A stretch of 64,000 nt of DNA from Felis catus (GCF_018350175.1 NC_058368.1:233246001-233310000); one strand, 5' to 3'; shown: positions 1-12,793, counted from the first letter of the stretch. A program made the numbers and translations. The notes: a model not told the origin generated them from the letters alone.

Positions 1-464
1 TAGTTAACAAACAGGATTTCTGCGGTTAGACATCTGGACACCGGGGGAGCTGTACAGGCTGCTACATAGATAACCGCTTTCCTCTCGCTTCTGTAATCTT
101 GCTTACGCGCCCAACCATAGTAATCTTGCTTACGCGCCCAACCCTAACCGAAAGGTCCCTAGCCGCTTCGCAGCCCGGGCTCCAAGTTGCATCAGCCAAA
201 AGAAACTTCATTTCCCAAGCTTCCCCGGGACGAAACTACCCACAACCCTAACCATCACCGAGCAGAGAGCCTACCACCAGCCTGTATGCAAATAAGACTC
301 AAAATAGCATAAAAGACCTGTGACCCCGTTTATCGGGGCTCTCCCGCTTTCTAACACTGGGGAGCCCTGGTGCACCAGTAAAGACTCTCTGCCGACGTCG
401 GAGTGTCGTGTGGTTCTTTGCGCCAACTCTCATTCCATAGGGCCTAGGAGCTTGGCTCCTAACA
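1..464 (+). mobile_element. Gammaretroviral LTR of RD-114/ERV-DC (FcEV) type; partial U3-R-U5, 5' end outside the window; 3' LTR or solo LTR
   Basis: MLV-like enhancer CAGGATtTCTGCGGTT (12-27), octamer ATGCAAAT (286-293), TATA-like CATAAAA (308-314), AGTAAA poly(A) signal (377-382). U5 ends ...GGCTCCTAACA at 464, matching my recollection of RD-114/ERV-DC LTRs. No TGG-type primer binding site follows. Confidence 0.85.
93..143 (+). repeat. 24-bp direct duplication inside LTR U3
   Basis: GTAATCTTGCTTACGCGCCCAACC at 93-116 and 120-143. Confidence 0.95.
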
Positions 465-1900
465 GCTCCTCGGAGCGGGGGCAGCTGGACGAGGTCGGTG
501 GCCGATGCAGCGAGTGGCCCCCAGTGTGTGAAGACGCGAACACGGGGCGGAACACGGAGAAGGAGCAGCTCTGCCCTCAGGTGCTCCGTGACGCACGGGG
601 GCCCCATCTCCGCACAGACGGCGCCAAACCCGGGGACAGGGGTGTCGTGCCGGCCTCACCCACCTGTCACTTCCAAGAAGGGGCTCTCGGGACACCCCCG
701 TGCAGTGATGGGTCGTCCGCTTCCGGACAGACCCTCCGATTCCTCGACTGCACCTGGCGAGCAGGTGCGGTTCTCCCGTGACTCCGGGGTTCACGCACGT
801 TCACACTCACGTGCGGCTGACAGGTGCACGTTCTCTGACCCGGGCCCTTCCACGGGGAGGTCGGCAGCAGGTGGGCGGGAGCGGGTGCGCGTGCAGCTGA
901 GGGCCACCCGTGGGTTCACCATTCACACCCCGCCCGCTCGGAAGATGCTGCCGGGTGCTCCCGGGGTGCTCCATGGGTGCTCCTACGATGTGCAAAGGGC
1001 TCCTCGGGTGCTCCGCAGGTACTCGGGTGCTCCGGGGTGCTCCTCCGATCTGCACAGGTGCTCCATGGGTGCTCCTACGATGTGCAAAGGGCTCCTCAGG
1101 TGCTCCGCAGGTACTCGGGTGCTCCGGGGTGCTCCTCCGATTTGCACAGGTGCTTCGCAGGTCCTCGGGGTGCTCTATGGGTGCTCTGCAGGTGCTCCTC
1201 TGATCTGCACAGGTGCTCCGCAGGTACTTGGGGTGTTCCGTGAGTGCTCCGTGGGTGCTCCGCAGGTACGCGGGGTGCTCCCGGGGTGCTCCGGAGTGCT
1301 CCTCCGATCTGCACAGCTGCTCCGCAGGTACTTGGGGTGCTCTGTGAGTGCTCTGTGGGTGCTCAGTAGGTGCTCCTCTGATCTGCACAGGTGCTCCGCA
1401 GGTGCTCCGCAGGTACGCGGGGTGCTCCCGGGGTGCTCCGGGGTGCTCCTCCGATCTGCACAGGTGCTCCGTGGGTGCTCCACAGGGCTGCACGGGGCCT
1501 GCCCAGGCGCTCCCGCCCCGCTGCCACGTGTCGCCCAGGACAGCCGGAGCCCCGGGGCCGTGTTCACGGGCGGAGCCAACCCGCAGCCACATCACAGGAA
1601 GGGCCCGTTCTCCTCACCCGGCTCCGCCTCCCTCCCTCAATCCAGTAACTTCTGCCCCTCCACCTGCCGGGAGTTGGGCCGCCGCACACACCCCTCTGGG
1701 AAACCCAGCGGTGTCACCGAGGGTGCTGACGCTTGTTCCCTGGGCCCCAGGTCTCGGCGGACAGAGAGCTCTGGGTCCCACATACAAGCGGAGACAGCTT
1801 TCTGCGCCACTCGTGTCACTCCGCACTGCGACAGCGAGCCTGCGCTGAATTTCCGCTGAGGCTCACACGGCCCTCACGGAGAACTTCCAGATCCTGGCCC
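465..1900. promoter_or_regulatory. GC/CpG-rich island-like region
   Basis: Visibly high GC and CpG density directly after the LTR; no recognisable coding sequence. Confidence 0.55.
945..1482. repeat. GC-rich minisatellite with (G)GGTGCTCC core and a 92-bp higher-order repeat
   Basis: Repeated GGTGCTCC, GCAGGTAC and GATCTGCACA modules; near-identical 92-bp blocks start at 971 and 1063. Confidence 0.9.
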
Positions 1901-2157
1901 TGCAGCATAACGTAAGGGAGTTTCTATTTCCAGGGCTCATGGCAACAGAGCCATCACTGGGTCACTTCTCCTTGCTGGCCTCACCACCCACGACGTGGCC
2001 CAGACTTCCCACAGTATGTGCCTTCCTCCTCAGAAGCCAGGAAAAGCATATGAAAAGGTAAAGTAGATGTCTATGAAGGTCATTTTTTACCTGACAGCTG
2101 CAAAACGATTTCCATCATTGCTTTTTTGCCAAAAAGAAAACAGACAAAAGAAAAAAA

Positions 2158-2205
2158 ATAATAATAAAATAAAATAAAATAAAATAAAATAAAATAAAAT
2201 AAAAA
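2158..2205. repeat. (ATAAA)n microsatellite
   Basis: Direct reading. Confidence 0.9.
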
Positions 2206-2804
2206 TCCACCTCGCCTTAGACACTCTCATCTTTCTCGGATTCTCTCAAGTGCAGAGAGCCCAAGACAATTAGCGACTTAACTGAACACAACACTCTTGT
2301 CCCTAATTTTTCAGTGAATTACAGTGTCTCACACTCTTTCTTGAAGAATGCTCCCTAGTGAGAATAGCATTGCCTCAGTTGTAGAGAAAGCCTTTCTTCC
2401 CAAGAGCGATGTGAATGCTCCGTGTTTGGGCAAATTCCTCCATCATCGCCAAGGGCAGGAAAGGGCTCTGATGGATTTCTGTGTATTGCACAGAGAAATG
2501 AACCATTGGAACGGCTCCCTTTGTATCTGCACCTCTACGAGGGGTAATTGCAGCTTGTTTATGATTTTGCTGGACCCTTAAAGGCTCCCAGGAATGTATC
2601 CTTGACCGAAACTTACAGCTTGTCTCCTGTTACGGACATGTGTTTCTTCTTCGTGTTAGATCGCCTTCCCACTCTTCAAAGGCTTCACATTTTTCCCTTT
2701 GTTGATTGTGCAGACTCCCAGCTACCACAGGGACATATTGATGCAATATTCCTTCCTGAAATATTATTTACATTTGAATTCAGTCTAGTAATAGCATTAA
2801 CAGC

Positions 2805-3030
2805 AACTTACATTTGTTGACATCACCTTCCTGTCTGGCCAGGGATTTTTCTACGTGCTTCACATGTATTAACTTCATGAGTTATGAATATGTCCCTATG
2901 AGATCAGTCTTATAATTATCCCCATTTTGCAGATGGAAAACTGAGGCATTGAAGGGTTAATTAACATCCCAGGTCCCCGGTAAGGGACAGAGGCAGAGAG
3001 CTGGAGTCTGAGTCCAGGCAGTACCTACAC
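2805..3030 (-). mobile_element. MIR SINE fragment
   Basis: MIR core ATTATCCCCATTTTGCAGATGGAAAACTGAGGCA. Confidence 0.75.
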
Positions 3031-4024
3031 TGTCCACTCACTTACCTGAACCAGCGTGGGCAATCCTAGTTCCCTTTCACAACATGCCACATTAGTTGGA
3101 ACATTCCATCGTTTTAAGAGACAAGGATGCACTTTGGAATATTGAAAAGCCAACATGTAAACACAATATATTACCCTTCTGCACCGTACCATCAGAAGCT
3201 CTTCAAATTCTTTCTTCTCAAATGTTCATACGGTAAATTGTAAGTTAAATAATTTTGGAAAAACACCGAGCATGACAAAAGTTTGGAAAAATATTTCAAA
3301 ACACGTGATCATATCTTCCCAAACTCTTAACATGTAAAATACTCCTTATACCCGAATTGTCTTCAAAGACCAAACAGCTTAGGAAATTATCCATGCATGT
3401 GTGTCTCCATTTCCAATGCTCCCTGCGCTTTGCTGGGCAAATTCCCCCCAGATTCATTCAGGGTCAAAAAAACCCACTCAGAAGCAGAGCCAGACATGGA
3501 CCTCGTCACGGATGGGGGCGGTCTGGCTCCCAACATTTGACATTTTTTCTATATCATTCTTTTCCAGTACAACCCCAGTCCTCTTCCTGTCTCTAACCGC
3601 AGACACACATTCCCAGGTGCCACCATATGTCAGCCTCGGTGAGGTTGAAGCCGACAGCTTCTTCTGGGAAGTTGAAGGATGGAAAATGCTCCAGGCTGAC
3701 ACATAGCTCAGAAGACATCTTCCAAGAGCATTAATGCCTACATGGTTATTTTGCAATCGCCTATCGTTCCCTGGATCGCGACCTACTGAGTTTCGGGGAG
3801 CTTTTCTCTTCTCCCCGTTGGTCCTTTCTGGCCTCAACACCTTTGTGTCCTCAGCGGGTTTGGCCACCTGCAACCCGTCCCCTCGCCCAGGTCTTCAGAG
3901 AATGCGCTGACACCGGTCATGTTGACCTCGACGACTTCTCGCTGCTCACTTTGTGCTCTAGGAGCTGGCCATCCAGTCAGACGCTGCTTCGCCTGCACGG
4001 ACCTTTTAAAAATAAACCGTTTTC

Positions 4025-4260
4025 GGGGCACCTCGGTGGCGCAGTCGGTTAAGCGTCCGACTTCAGCCAGGTCACGATCTCGCGGTCGTGAGTTCGAGCC
4101 CCGCGTCGGGCTCTGGGCTGATGGCTCGGAGCCTGGAGCCTGTTTCCGATTCTGTGTCTCCCTCTCTCTCTCTGCCCCTCCCCCGTTCATGCTCTGTCTC
4201 TCTCTGTCCCAAAAATAAAAAATAAACGTTGAAAAAAAAATTAAAAAAAAAGTTTAAAAA
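4025..4260 (+). mobile_element. Young SINEC_Fc with target-site duplication (TSD)
   Basis: tRNA-derived head, (CT)n, A-tail; TSD TAAAAATAAACCGTTTTC at 4007-4024 and 4261-4278. Confidence 0.95.
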
Positions 4261-6055
4261 TAAAAATAAACCGTTTTCTTGTCTATCACTTCTTGGGCTG
4301 CTTCTGCCCTCGTCTCTTGTGAGGGACTCCGCAAAAGCCTTTCAGATTTAGAAAATGGTGCGTGCCTAAAAACGCTCTGTCTCCCGAGCTTCCGTCGGCC
4401 ACTGCTATGTCAGCGTCAGAAGTTCAGTGATATATTAATTCTATAAAAATCAGCATTCCCAGTTTTTTCTGCTTTTATTAAACCTCTATTGATTAAGGAT
4501 TTACGTTTTCTTTCTCTGTTCCTTTCTTGTTTCTCCTGACATTAGAGGTCAAGAGTAGCCATGTCCGCTGGACTCACGCTCATTTTAGATTCTCTTTTTC
4601 TTTTTTTTAAAAGCATTGTGTTCCTCACTGAATTTTCAGTTTTCGTACACAACCAAGTCAGTGACCGCTTTGGCTGCCCTTTGTCGGGGTCTGTAGAGAA
4701 ATCACCAGGGCGTTCATGTTGATCTTTAGAGTTGGTTCATAAAAGAACACCCATTCTTTTGATGGACATCTGGTCACTCAGAACACAGCACTGACATTGC
4801 ACACCCTTACCTTAGAGCCTGAGTGCATTCGCAGCGATGAGAATCCATCCTGGAGTGAAATTAAAGAAACCCCATTCAATTTCTTATCCAAAGACATGAA
4901 GTTCACGTTTCACTATGGAAGCTTAAGTCCTGGGAGCTACTACATTAGAATTGTATCCATCAAGAAAACTTGAAATTACCTTCTCTCTGAACCCTGTGTC
5001 ATGCAGACATGCACATGCCCGGCAGGCAGTAACTCTCATTTGGAGCTGCCTTAGGACAGGGGTGGGATGAGACTCAAGGAACACCATCCCTCTAGGTGTC
5101 TTGGTCTCGATTCTGTAACGGATTCCACATTGAGCTGTTACCGCTGGAGAAGACCGAGAACAGGACCTGTAATGTGCCAGACTGTTCTAGAAGGAGCCAC
5201 TGTCCGTGATCGGAGCCTCAGGGGGAGGAGACTTGGGTTTGTGTGTTAATCAGAGTGGGCTGTGATTGTCCCACAAGAGAAGGCCACCCACACCCCCATG
5301 GCACTTGGACACATGTCCTGAATGGCATCGGTAAATACCCCACCAGGCAAGTTGCTCCTCTCTCCTCCTAAGTCAGATTTCTGGCACTGGCTTTCTGGAA
5401 CTGCATCAGCATTGTGAGAGCCCTCAGTGCCCATCTCAGCTTAGGGCTGACCAGGAGAACAAATCAAGAAATAGAAGAAAGACTGTTCTGCCTGGCAGCT
5501 TTATGGGAGGGGACACCCTAGAGAGGACCGGGTCTCACTGAGACTATATTGCATGCGTTCAACAGGACAGCCTTTTGGAGGAGGTGACGCAACCACACTG
5601 TCATCCCAGATCTGATGGCCACAAGACAGCTCCCCCACCGAACTTACCTACCGCAAATGCATTTGTTCATTCAACACGGGGAATAGAGAGGTGAGGGGGC
5701 AAGGCAAGGAGAGAAAGCCAGAAGGGAGGAGGACAAGGATGGGGGCAAGGGTGGGGAAAACTGTGAGGTTTAAGGAGCAAACAGTCCCTAAATGGTCACC
5801 TGGGGGAGCTCTGGAACCAAGGCTATTTGAAGATCTCTGGAAGCCCTTGGTTCTGGGAACTCACTGGATGTCTCTTTTTTATCCTCATCAGCTCCCACCT
5901 GTCATTAGCTCAGAATCCCGGGCCACTCTTCCCACCACCCACCAGGACCAGCACCATATTGCTGTGGTGCCCTTCCCTTCCATCTGCCCAAAACATAGAG
6001 GCAGATCACTTAACATCAAACACTCTTAAATTCTATAAAAGACAGACTGCAAGTT

Positions 6056-6070
6056 AGAAAGAAAAGGAAG

Positions 6071-6112
<42 letters not shown>

Positions 6113-6412
6113 GGAGGAAAGGAGGGAGGAAGGAAAGGAGGAAGGAAGGAAGGAAGGAAGGAAGGAAGGAAGGAAGGAAGGAAGGGAGGAAGGGAGGCAG
6201 GAGCTAGAAGGAAGGAAAGGAGGGAGGAAGAAAGGAAGGAAAGAAGGAAGGAAGAAAGGAAAGGAGGAAGGAAGAAAGGAAGGAAGAGAGGGAGGAAGGG
6301 AGGGAGGAAGGGAAGAAGGGAGGCAGGAGCTGGAAGGAAGGAAGGGAGGAAGGAAGGAAGGAAGGAAGGGAGGGAGGAAGGAAGAAATCAGGGAGAGAGC
6401 AAAAGAAGAAAG
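6056..6412. repeat. Polypurine (GAAA)n/(GGAA)n compound microsatellite
   Basis: About 350 bp almost entirely A/G. Confidence 0.95.
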
Positions 6413-7699
6413 ACTGTAAACGCTTTAGAATTACTCTTTATGTAATAGGAAAATGCCAACATCTGTTTTGACATATCTCTAGAACTGGCAGACTAATTTG
6501 CTTAGCAGTTTTCTCCCAGGAGTTGATGATATTTGAAACGTTACATGAAAACAATGAAGCTGTGTTTTCCATAGCTTGACTCAATCACTGAAGCGGAAAA
6601 AAGGTGAGATATTCAAATTCTGATGCATGCGCTTGGTTCATTTGACTTAGTTAACCAATAGTGCTAAGAATGCAATATCTTATCATTTCTGAATTGAGAT
6701 TTGTACTTATATACATCATCAGGTTCTATAACATCTCCTACGGTTTAAAACATTTATGATAAAGTCTTAAATACAACCACTCCATTTGAAAGCAAAAGTA
6801 ACTACAAACCCTTAGAAATGTCTCATAATGTCACCCTAGACCTCCATAACATTTTACTTTGAGTTAAATGTGGAAAAGTTCCCAACCCTCTACGTGTTCC
6901 GCTGGGTAAATTAGGCCAAAAATCTCTCAAATTATTTCTTAGTATTTCGGTTGACCAGCTAAATATTTTAAGCTTTTTAGAAGACAAATTATACAGAAAT
7001 CCTCCTTTGGGAACACAAGAACAATCTCCAATGCCCAGGAGCACATCTCCATGTGTTGTCTCATATCTGGGGAAGATTTTGGACCATCACCATACAAACA
7101 AAGCAACTCAGTGGTTTCTTGAGAAGAGTTCAGAAGCAGGTACTGCCATTTTTAGCAAGAAAACAGGACAGCTGAAAGTCCCTGTACAATGAAGGAGATC
7201 AAAGAATGAGCCCTGAGCCGGTTTCAGTCCTTTCCTGTTTGTTCCCTACCTGCCTCCCTCGGGATGAAGAACGAGGAAGTCTGCTTCAGTGAAGAACCTT
7301 ACAGCCACCCTTTCCAATTCTCTCCCCTATCAGGTCGCCTCCTTCTCTGAGAATCCACTGTTTCCTTAAGTCCATCACTGTATTTTATAGAAATATCTTG
7401 AAACCCCTCGTCCTCTAGAGGTTGTTCCCTCAGCCACTGTACGTTTACAGAAACCCCAAGCAGAGCTGGGGACTGCTTTCTCAAGTGCCTTATTCCTCCG
7501 TCTTGGAGGAAGGAGAAAAAGTTCCTTCCTCCTGGCTTCTGGAGAACAGTTCCGGCCATATTGCATCATCGTCTTTCCTCCTTTTCTCTTGGGCATACTG
7601 TGCCCCATGGTGATACGCTCTCTTTTCCAAAGTGTTGCTGTAGGTCGCTGCTCAATTCATGACTCCTCTCTTCTTTGGGGACTCTGCCCTCGTTCAGTG

Positions 7700-8250
7700 T
7701 TCCGCCTCCAACTCATCCTTTGCCAAGACCAGAGTCACTGGAGCCTCCGTATTTATGCTTCGTCAATGACGTGACACCAACTCCAATGATATCTACCTCC
7801 AGATGTTCATCGTATCCAAATGGCAAGACTCCACCCCCGGTGGTGCCAATCACCCAGGATGGTTCCACCTTGAAAGGTCCAGTTCTGAACTTCTGTGCTC
7901 TGACAACATGCCCTTTCCTTGACCTCTCCCCATACACTAGAGTTCACTGTCAACTCACTGCGACTGTTCCCTACATTCTGTAGACGCTCATCCTCTCCGA
8001 GCCATACTTCATCCATGAGCCACCTGTTCTCAGCTCGTCTTTTCAACTTCATCTCGTGAAAACTTTATAAATCACCCCGCTGTAGAATCCATCACCTGTT
8101 TGTACATTCACCACTGCGGCCTGGTCAGGCCACGTGCACATTCCTGGGATGCTGAGTTTTGCTGGAGACAGGTCAATAGCGGCTGATAGAACCGTTCGAG
8201 ACTCTGGCACTCCTCTCATCTCCACTTCAGGGCGGTTCCAGGGTCCCCTC
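7700..8250. mobile_element. Degenerate L2 fragment
   Basis: L2-like pyrimidine-rich segments such as AATGACGTGACACCAACTCCAATGATATCTACCTCCAG. Confidence 0.45.
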
Positions 8251-8793
8251 ATTCATCCTTGGTTGGTGCACTTTCTAATTCTACACACTGGAGATGCTGT
8301 TCCATACACTTCCCTCCTTAGTCTTTTCTCCCGTGTTAGAGGAAAGAATCCCCTTACTTATTTCCACGGTTTGCCCCATCACATGAGAAGCCTCAGATTT
8401 CAGAAAGCGTGTGAACCCGGAGCACCATAAATACTAAGACAACCACCCGTAGGCACATCCTAGAAAAACTACTAAAAGCAAAAGAAAAAAAGCGCTCTAT
8501 GTGACTTCAGAATAATCAAAGCCTCAAGGTGAAAAGCAATGTGGAAAGTCAGGCTCACTTATTTGCATATCCCTGGTCAGAAGAATTGTGGACTGTAAAC
8601 ACCTGGGTTTTGTGTGTTTGTTTTTATTTTGGTTTTGCTTTTGATCCTCCTTACCTCCAAATGCGATTCTCTAACCCAGTGAGACATGTAAAAGCTCTGA
8701 GTTGCTGCTTTTTGCCCAGCCTAGAAATTCCTTGCAACTTCTGAGTCAGCAAATGTCATAAAGAAAAGGGCACCCAAAAAAACAGAAGGGTGG

Positions 8794-8974
8794 GGGGTTT
8801 CCTGGGTGGTTCAGTCAGGTGACCATCCGATTCTTGATTTTGGCTCAGGTCATGATCCCAGGATCGAGCCCCGTGTCAGGCTCTGTGCCGAGTGTGGAGC
8901 CTGCTTAAGATCCTCTCCTTCTCTTCCTCTGTCCCTCTTTTCCAGAAAGAAAGAAAGAAGGAAAGAAAGAAGGA

Positions 8975-9026
<52 letters not shown>

Positions 9027-9082
9027 AAAGAAAGAGAAGAAAGAAAAGAAAGAAGAAAGAGAAGAAAGAAAGAAGAGAAGGA

Positions 9083-9126
<44 letters not shown>

Positions 9127-9198
9127 GGAAGAAAGAAATAAGAGAGAAAAGAAAAGAAAAAAAAAGAAACAAAAGAAAAGAAAAGAAGAAAGAAAGAG
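8794..9198 (+). mobile_element. Older SINEC with tail expanded to ~250 bp of (GAAA)n
   Basis: SINEC head and body 8794-8943; (GAAA)n 8944-9198. Confidence 0.9.
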
Positions 9199-9849
9199 GC
9201 ACAAAGAATGTGACACCCTCTTTGATGTTTCTGCCTTCACTTATCAGATACTATTTGTTTAAAAGTGATCTGGGTCCCAGAAAGTTTGGCAAAAAGCAGC
9301 TTATTGGAACAAGATTTCTGTCAAGTGTAAATTGGCAATAAAAATAACTTGATAGAAAGGATAAACTGTATATTCATTGATTTGCATACATATATAATGA
9401 ATCATATTGTGATTTTGACATCTTTTCCTGAACTCAGAGTGGTAACACTTACATAGAATTTTTCACCTTTACTTTTTAAATTAATTTTAGTCAATTATTC
9501 TTGATCTATACTGTGTTAGAGAAAATGTACAGGAATACCTAAAATCCAGCAATATAGGAAAAAGACACAATACAAGAAATATCTAGTAAGTGGTAGATTT
9601 CATTAATAAATCAGATCAGGTTTTCAGACTTAGAGTATAACTTTTCTTAGAATGTAACAAAATATATGTCTGCATATGCATAGTGTGTGGGTGGATATAT
9701 AGACAGTGAACAAAAATCATAGACTCCAATATCCAACAGTAAGGCTTATATCCCAGTTCAGCCCTGACTAGTGGAACCGCTAAGAAAGTTTCTATTTTAT
9801 TTCTTGTTATAATTCCTATCACTCTATTTATATTCTGTATGTAGTGAGA

Positions 9850-10959
9850 CACCTGTCTCCTACTTCCCTTCAATTGTTTGATGGTTTTCTTCAGTTTTTT
9901 TAAACATATTTACAGTAGCTGATTTAGTCTTTGTCTAGTAAATACACCATCTGGACTCTCTCAAGGACAACTTCTGTTGATGGTTTTTTCCTATGCATGA
10001 ACCACCCATGGTTTCATATTTCTTTAAGGTCTCTGAATTTTTTGTTGAAAGCTAGGTATTTCCAATTACATAATGTGGCAACTCTAGAAACCAGATCCAC
10101 ATTCCCACAAAGATCGTTGGATTGTTGTAATTGCTGTTTGTTTTGTGTGTGTGTTTATTGCTGATATGTGTTTAGTGACTTTACTGGATTCATTCTGTAA
10201 ATCTGTATTCCCTGTCATCTGGCCACTGAAGTCTCTGCTCAGTTAGCTTAGTGGTCAGCTAATAATTGGACAGAAATGTCCTAAAATGTCATGAATCCTA
10301 AATTTCCCATGCTTTGCAAAGGTGCTCTGTGAGTGTGTGTAGGCGAACTTTAAAATGCTCAGTAGTTTTTAACTCTGGCTTAGATTTTACCTCCTGCTTG
10401 TGCAAAGTTGAAGACGAACCAGAGTGAGAGACTGGGGTTTTCTAGATCTTTCCTAGGTGTGTGCACAGCACTGCACATGCTTGTGGTTTTCTAGATTCTC
10501 AGAAATAAATCGGAGCTTTTCAAAGATCTCATAAACATCTCATTTTCTAAATTTTCTTTTTAATGTCTTTAAAGTTTATTTATTTTTGAAAGGGAGAGAG
10601 CAGGGGAAATTCAGAGAGAGACAGAGAAAATTCCAAGCAGGCTCCACACGGAGACCCAGGGCTTGATCCCATGAACCATGAGGTCATGATCTGAGCTGAA
10701 ATCAAGAGTTGGATGCTCCACCGACTAAGCCGGCTAGGTCTCCCTCTTTATTTTTTTTTTTTTTATCAGTCTTGTTTATTCTGGCTGATGATACTGCCTC
10801 AGGAAACCACATTATTAAGCAACTGCTGCTGGTTATTTTCAACAAACAGCATGGGGAGAAAGATGTTCATACTGACCAAGCTCTGAGTCAGGTTGGGTAA
10901 AGACTGAGAATGGAGATTTTTCCAGGGAGCTTGCTGATTAAAGACAATTCCGTAGGGAT

Positions 10960-10990
<31 letters not shown>

Positions 10991-11300
10991 GGAATTCTAA
11001 CCTCATTCTGCTGCTTCCGCTAACTCCTAGACTGCAAGTTTTCAGTTACCATGGTTGCAAGATCACTGGTCTTTGCAGTTATCTTCTACCGCAAGAGAGA
11101 GCGATGGGAATAGAGAAAGTTAAAATGCTCCAATCACGTTTCTGCCATGATTCATTTCTTTTGCTTTGGATTACTGCGAGTCTTTTGTTTATTTCCAGCA
11201 TACAAAAAAGTTGATTTTAACAGTTTTTAAAACAGAGTTCGAATGGCTTTTATGGAGAAACGAACTTTTGGAGGTCCTTTTCAGTTACTCCAGAATTGAC
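9850..11300 (-). mobile_element. Old L1 (L1M-type) fragment interrupted by a minus-strand SINEC at ~10555-10744
   Basis: T-rich degenerate L1-like sequence; SINE motif TCATGATCTGAGCTGAAATCAAGAGT. Confidence 0.55.
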
Positions 11301-12489
11301 ACTTTTCTCATATTTTTGTGTGCACAGGTTTTTTCCATCTGCTAAATGAGGATAATGACAGCACTTACTTCATGAGATTATCACAAAGGTGAAATGATCC
11401 GGCACATGTAAAAGCATGTAGAGTAGCCTGGGACCACATAAGTATTCACTTAACATCAGCTATTATAATGATGGACAGAATCCAGTATGGAAGGATATAC
11501 TCATAGTGCCAAGAGTAATTATCTTTGGGTAGGTAGGACTATAGATATAATTTGTAGTATTTTCACCGTTTAAAATTTTCTGGGTATTCCATAATAAATA
11601 TGTAATACATTTGCAATGAAAAAGGAAAAGAAATAGAAGATCTGTCACTCTTTTCAAAATTTATATTTTTACGTCTAATTTGTTTTTTTAAAAATATGTA
11701 AAGCAAGTGATGATTCCTCTGCCTATATAGCAATATTTTTGTGTGCAAGGAATAAAAGATCACCTTCAGTGATTTAGAATTATTTGTTATTCACGTTTCA
11801 TTTCCTGTACTTATTAAAAGACGTTTAGATTCCCAGGAGAAGCAGAGAGTCACCTATCACTCTATGTTGGTGCCCTGGGGAGGGATCCAGCCTTAGGTAT
11901 GACTATGTAAGCTCCTAAGGAGAAGTGACTCAGTTTGTGGGACCCTAGCCTTACCAAAGACCCCCACACTCCGCACACAGCTTGGAACATTGAGTAGGCC
12001 ATGTGTCCTCTCAGCCTATGGGCGTCTTGGTTCTAATGGGCATTATGAGACGATGAAGCACCAGTGACGTCCTGCACTTCCTAATTCCCCAGTTTTATGG
12101 ACGTGTCTTCTTTGGGTCGTGGAAGCTCTGCACCATTTTGACAGAGAGATGGGGTGGGCGAAACCCCCAGCACAACTGAGGTTGAAGATGATTTAACTGA
12201 CCCCAAGATATAAAAGTGAGTTCTTTCTTGCACATCTGAGTGTATGGACTCTGTTGTGAGACTCATATATTATTATGCTTCTTGTTGTACATTTAGGTTA
12301 ATGTCATGAAAAATTAACAAGATGCTTAATATCCAAAAATAATTTTGTTGCAACTATAACAATTACCACCAGGAAAAAAAAAATTGACTGGGTGGATTCA
12401 ATTTTGATCCTGTCATTGTTGTGACCAAATTGTCACATCAAGCAATTTGCCACCAACCAATCAGATGCAGACTAAAATATGTTGAGCTC

Positions 12490-12720
12490 AGGCACCTGGG
12501 CGGCTCAGTCAGGTAAGCATCTGACTTTGGATTTCAGCCCCGGTCATGATCTCACAGTTTAGGAGATCGAACCCTGTGTCACACCCCACACTTGGGATTC
12601 TCTCTCTCTCCCGTTCCTTCTGCCTCCCCGCCCCCCCCACCGCTCGTGCTCACACGCTCTCTCTTTCTTTCTTTCTCAAAAATAATTAATTAATTAATTA
12701 ACCTTCTAAAAATTTTAAAA
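12490..12720 (+). mobile_element. SINEC
   Basis: GGCACCTGGGCGGCTCAGTC head, (CT)n, AT-rich tail. Confidence 0.9.
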
Positions 12721-12793
12721 ATAATAATATTAAAATAAAATACTTAGAGCTAAATTATGGGCTTCCTGTTTCTTTTTATGTCTCTACATTTCT

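Noticed and set aside
141..253. CCCTAACC telomere-like words
   Set aside because: Two isolated occurrences within LTR U3, not a tandem array.
498..1859. 453-aa ORF and overlapping ORFs
   Set aside because: They run through the GC-rich minisatellite, are open in several frames on both strands, give repetitive peptides and show no known domain.
4025..4110. tRNA-like A/B boxes in SINE heads, here and in all SINEC copies
   Set aside because: tRNA-derived SINE heads followed by (CT)n and A-tails with TSDs, not tRNA genes.
8806..9341. K/E/R-rich and F/L/S-rich ORFs
   Set aside because: Translations of a SINE plus (GAAA)n.
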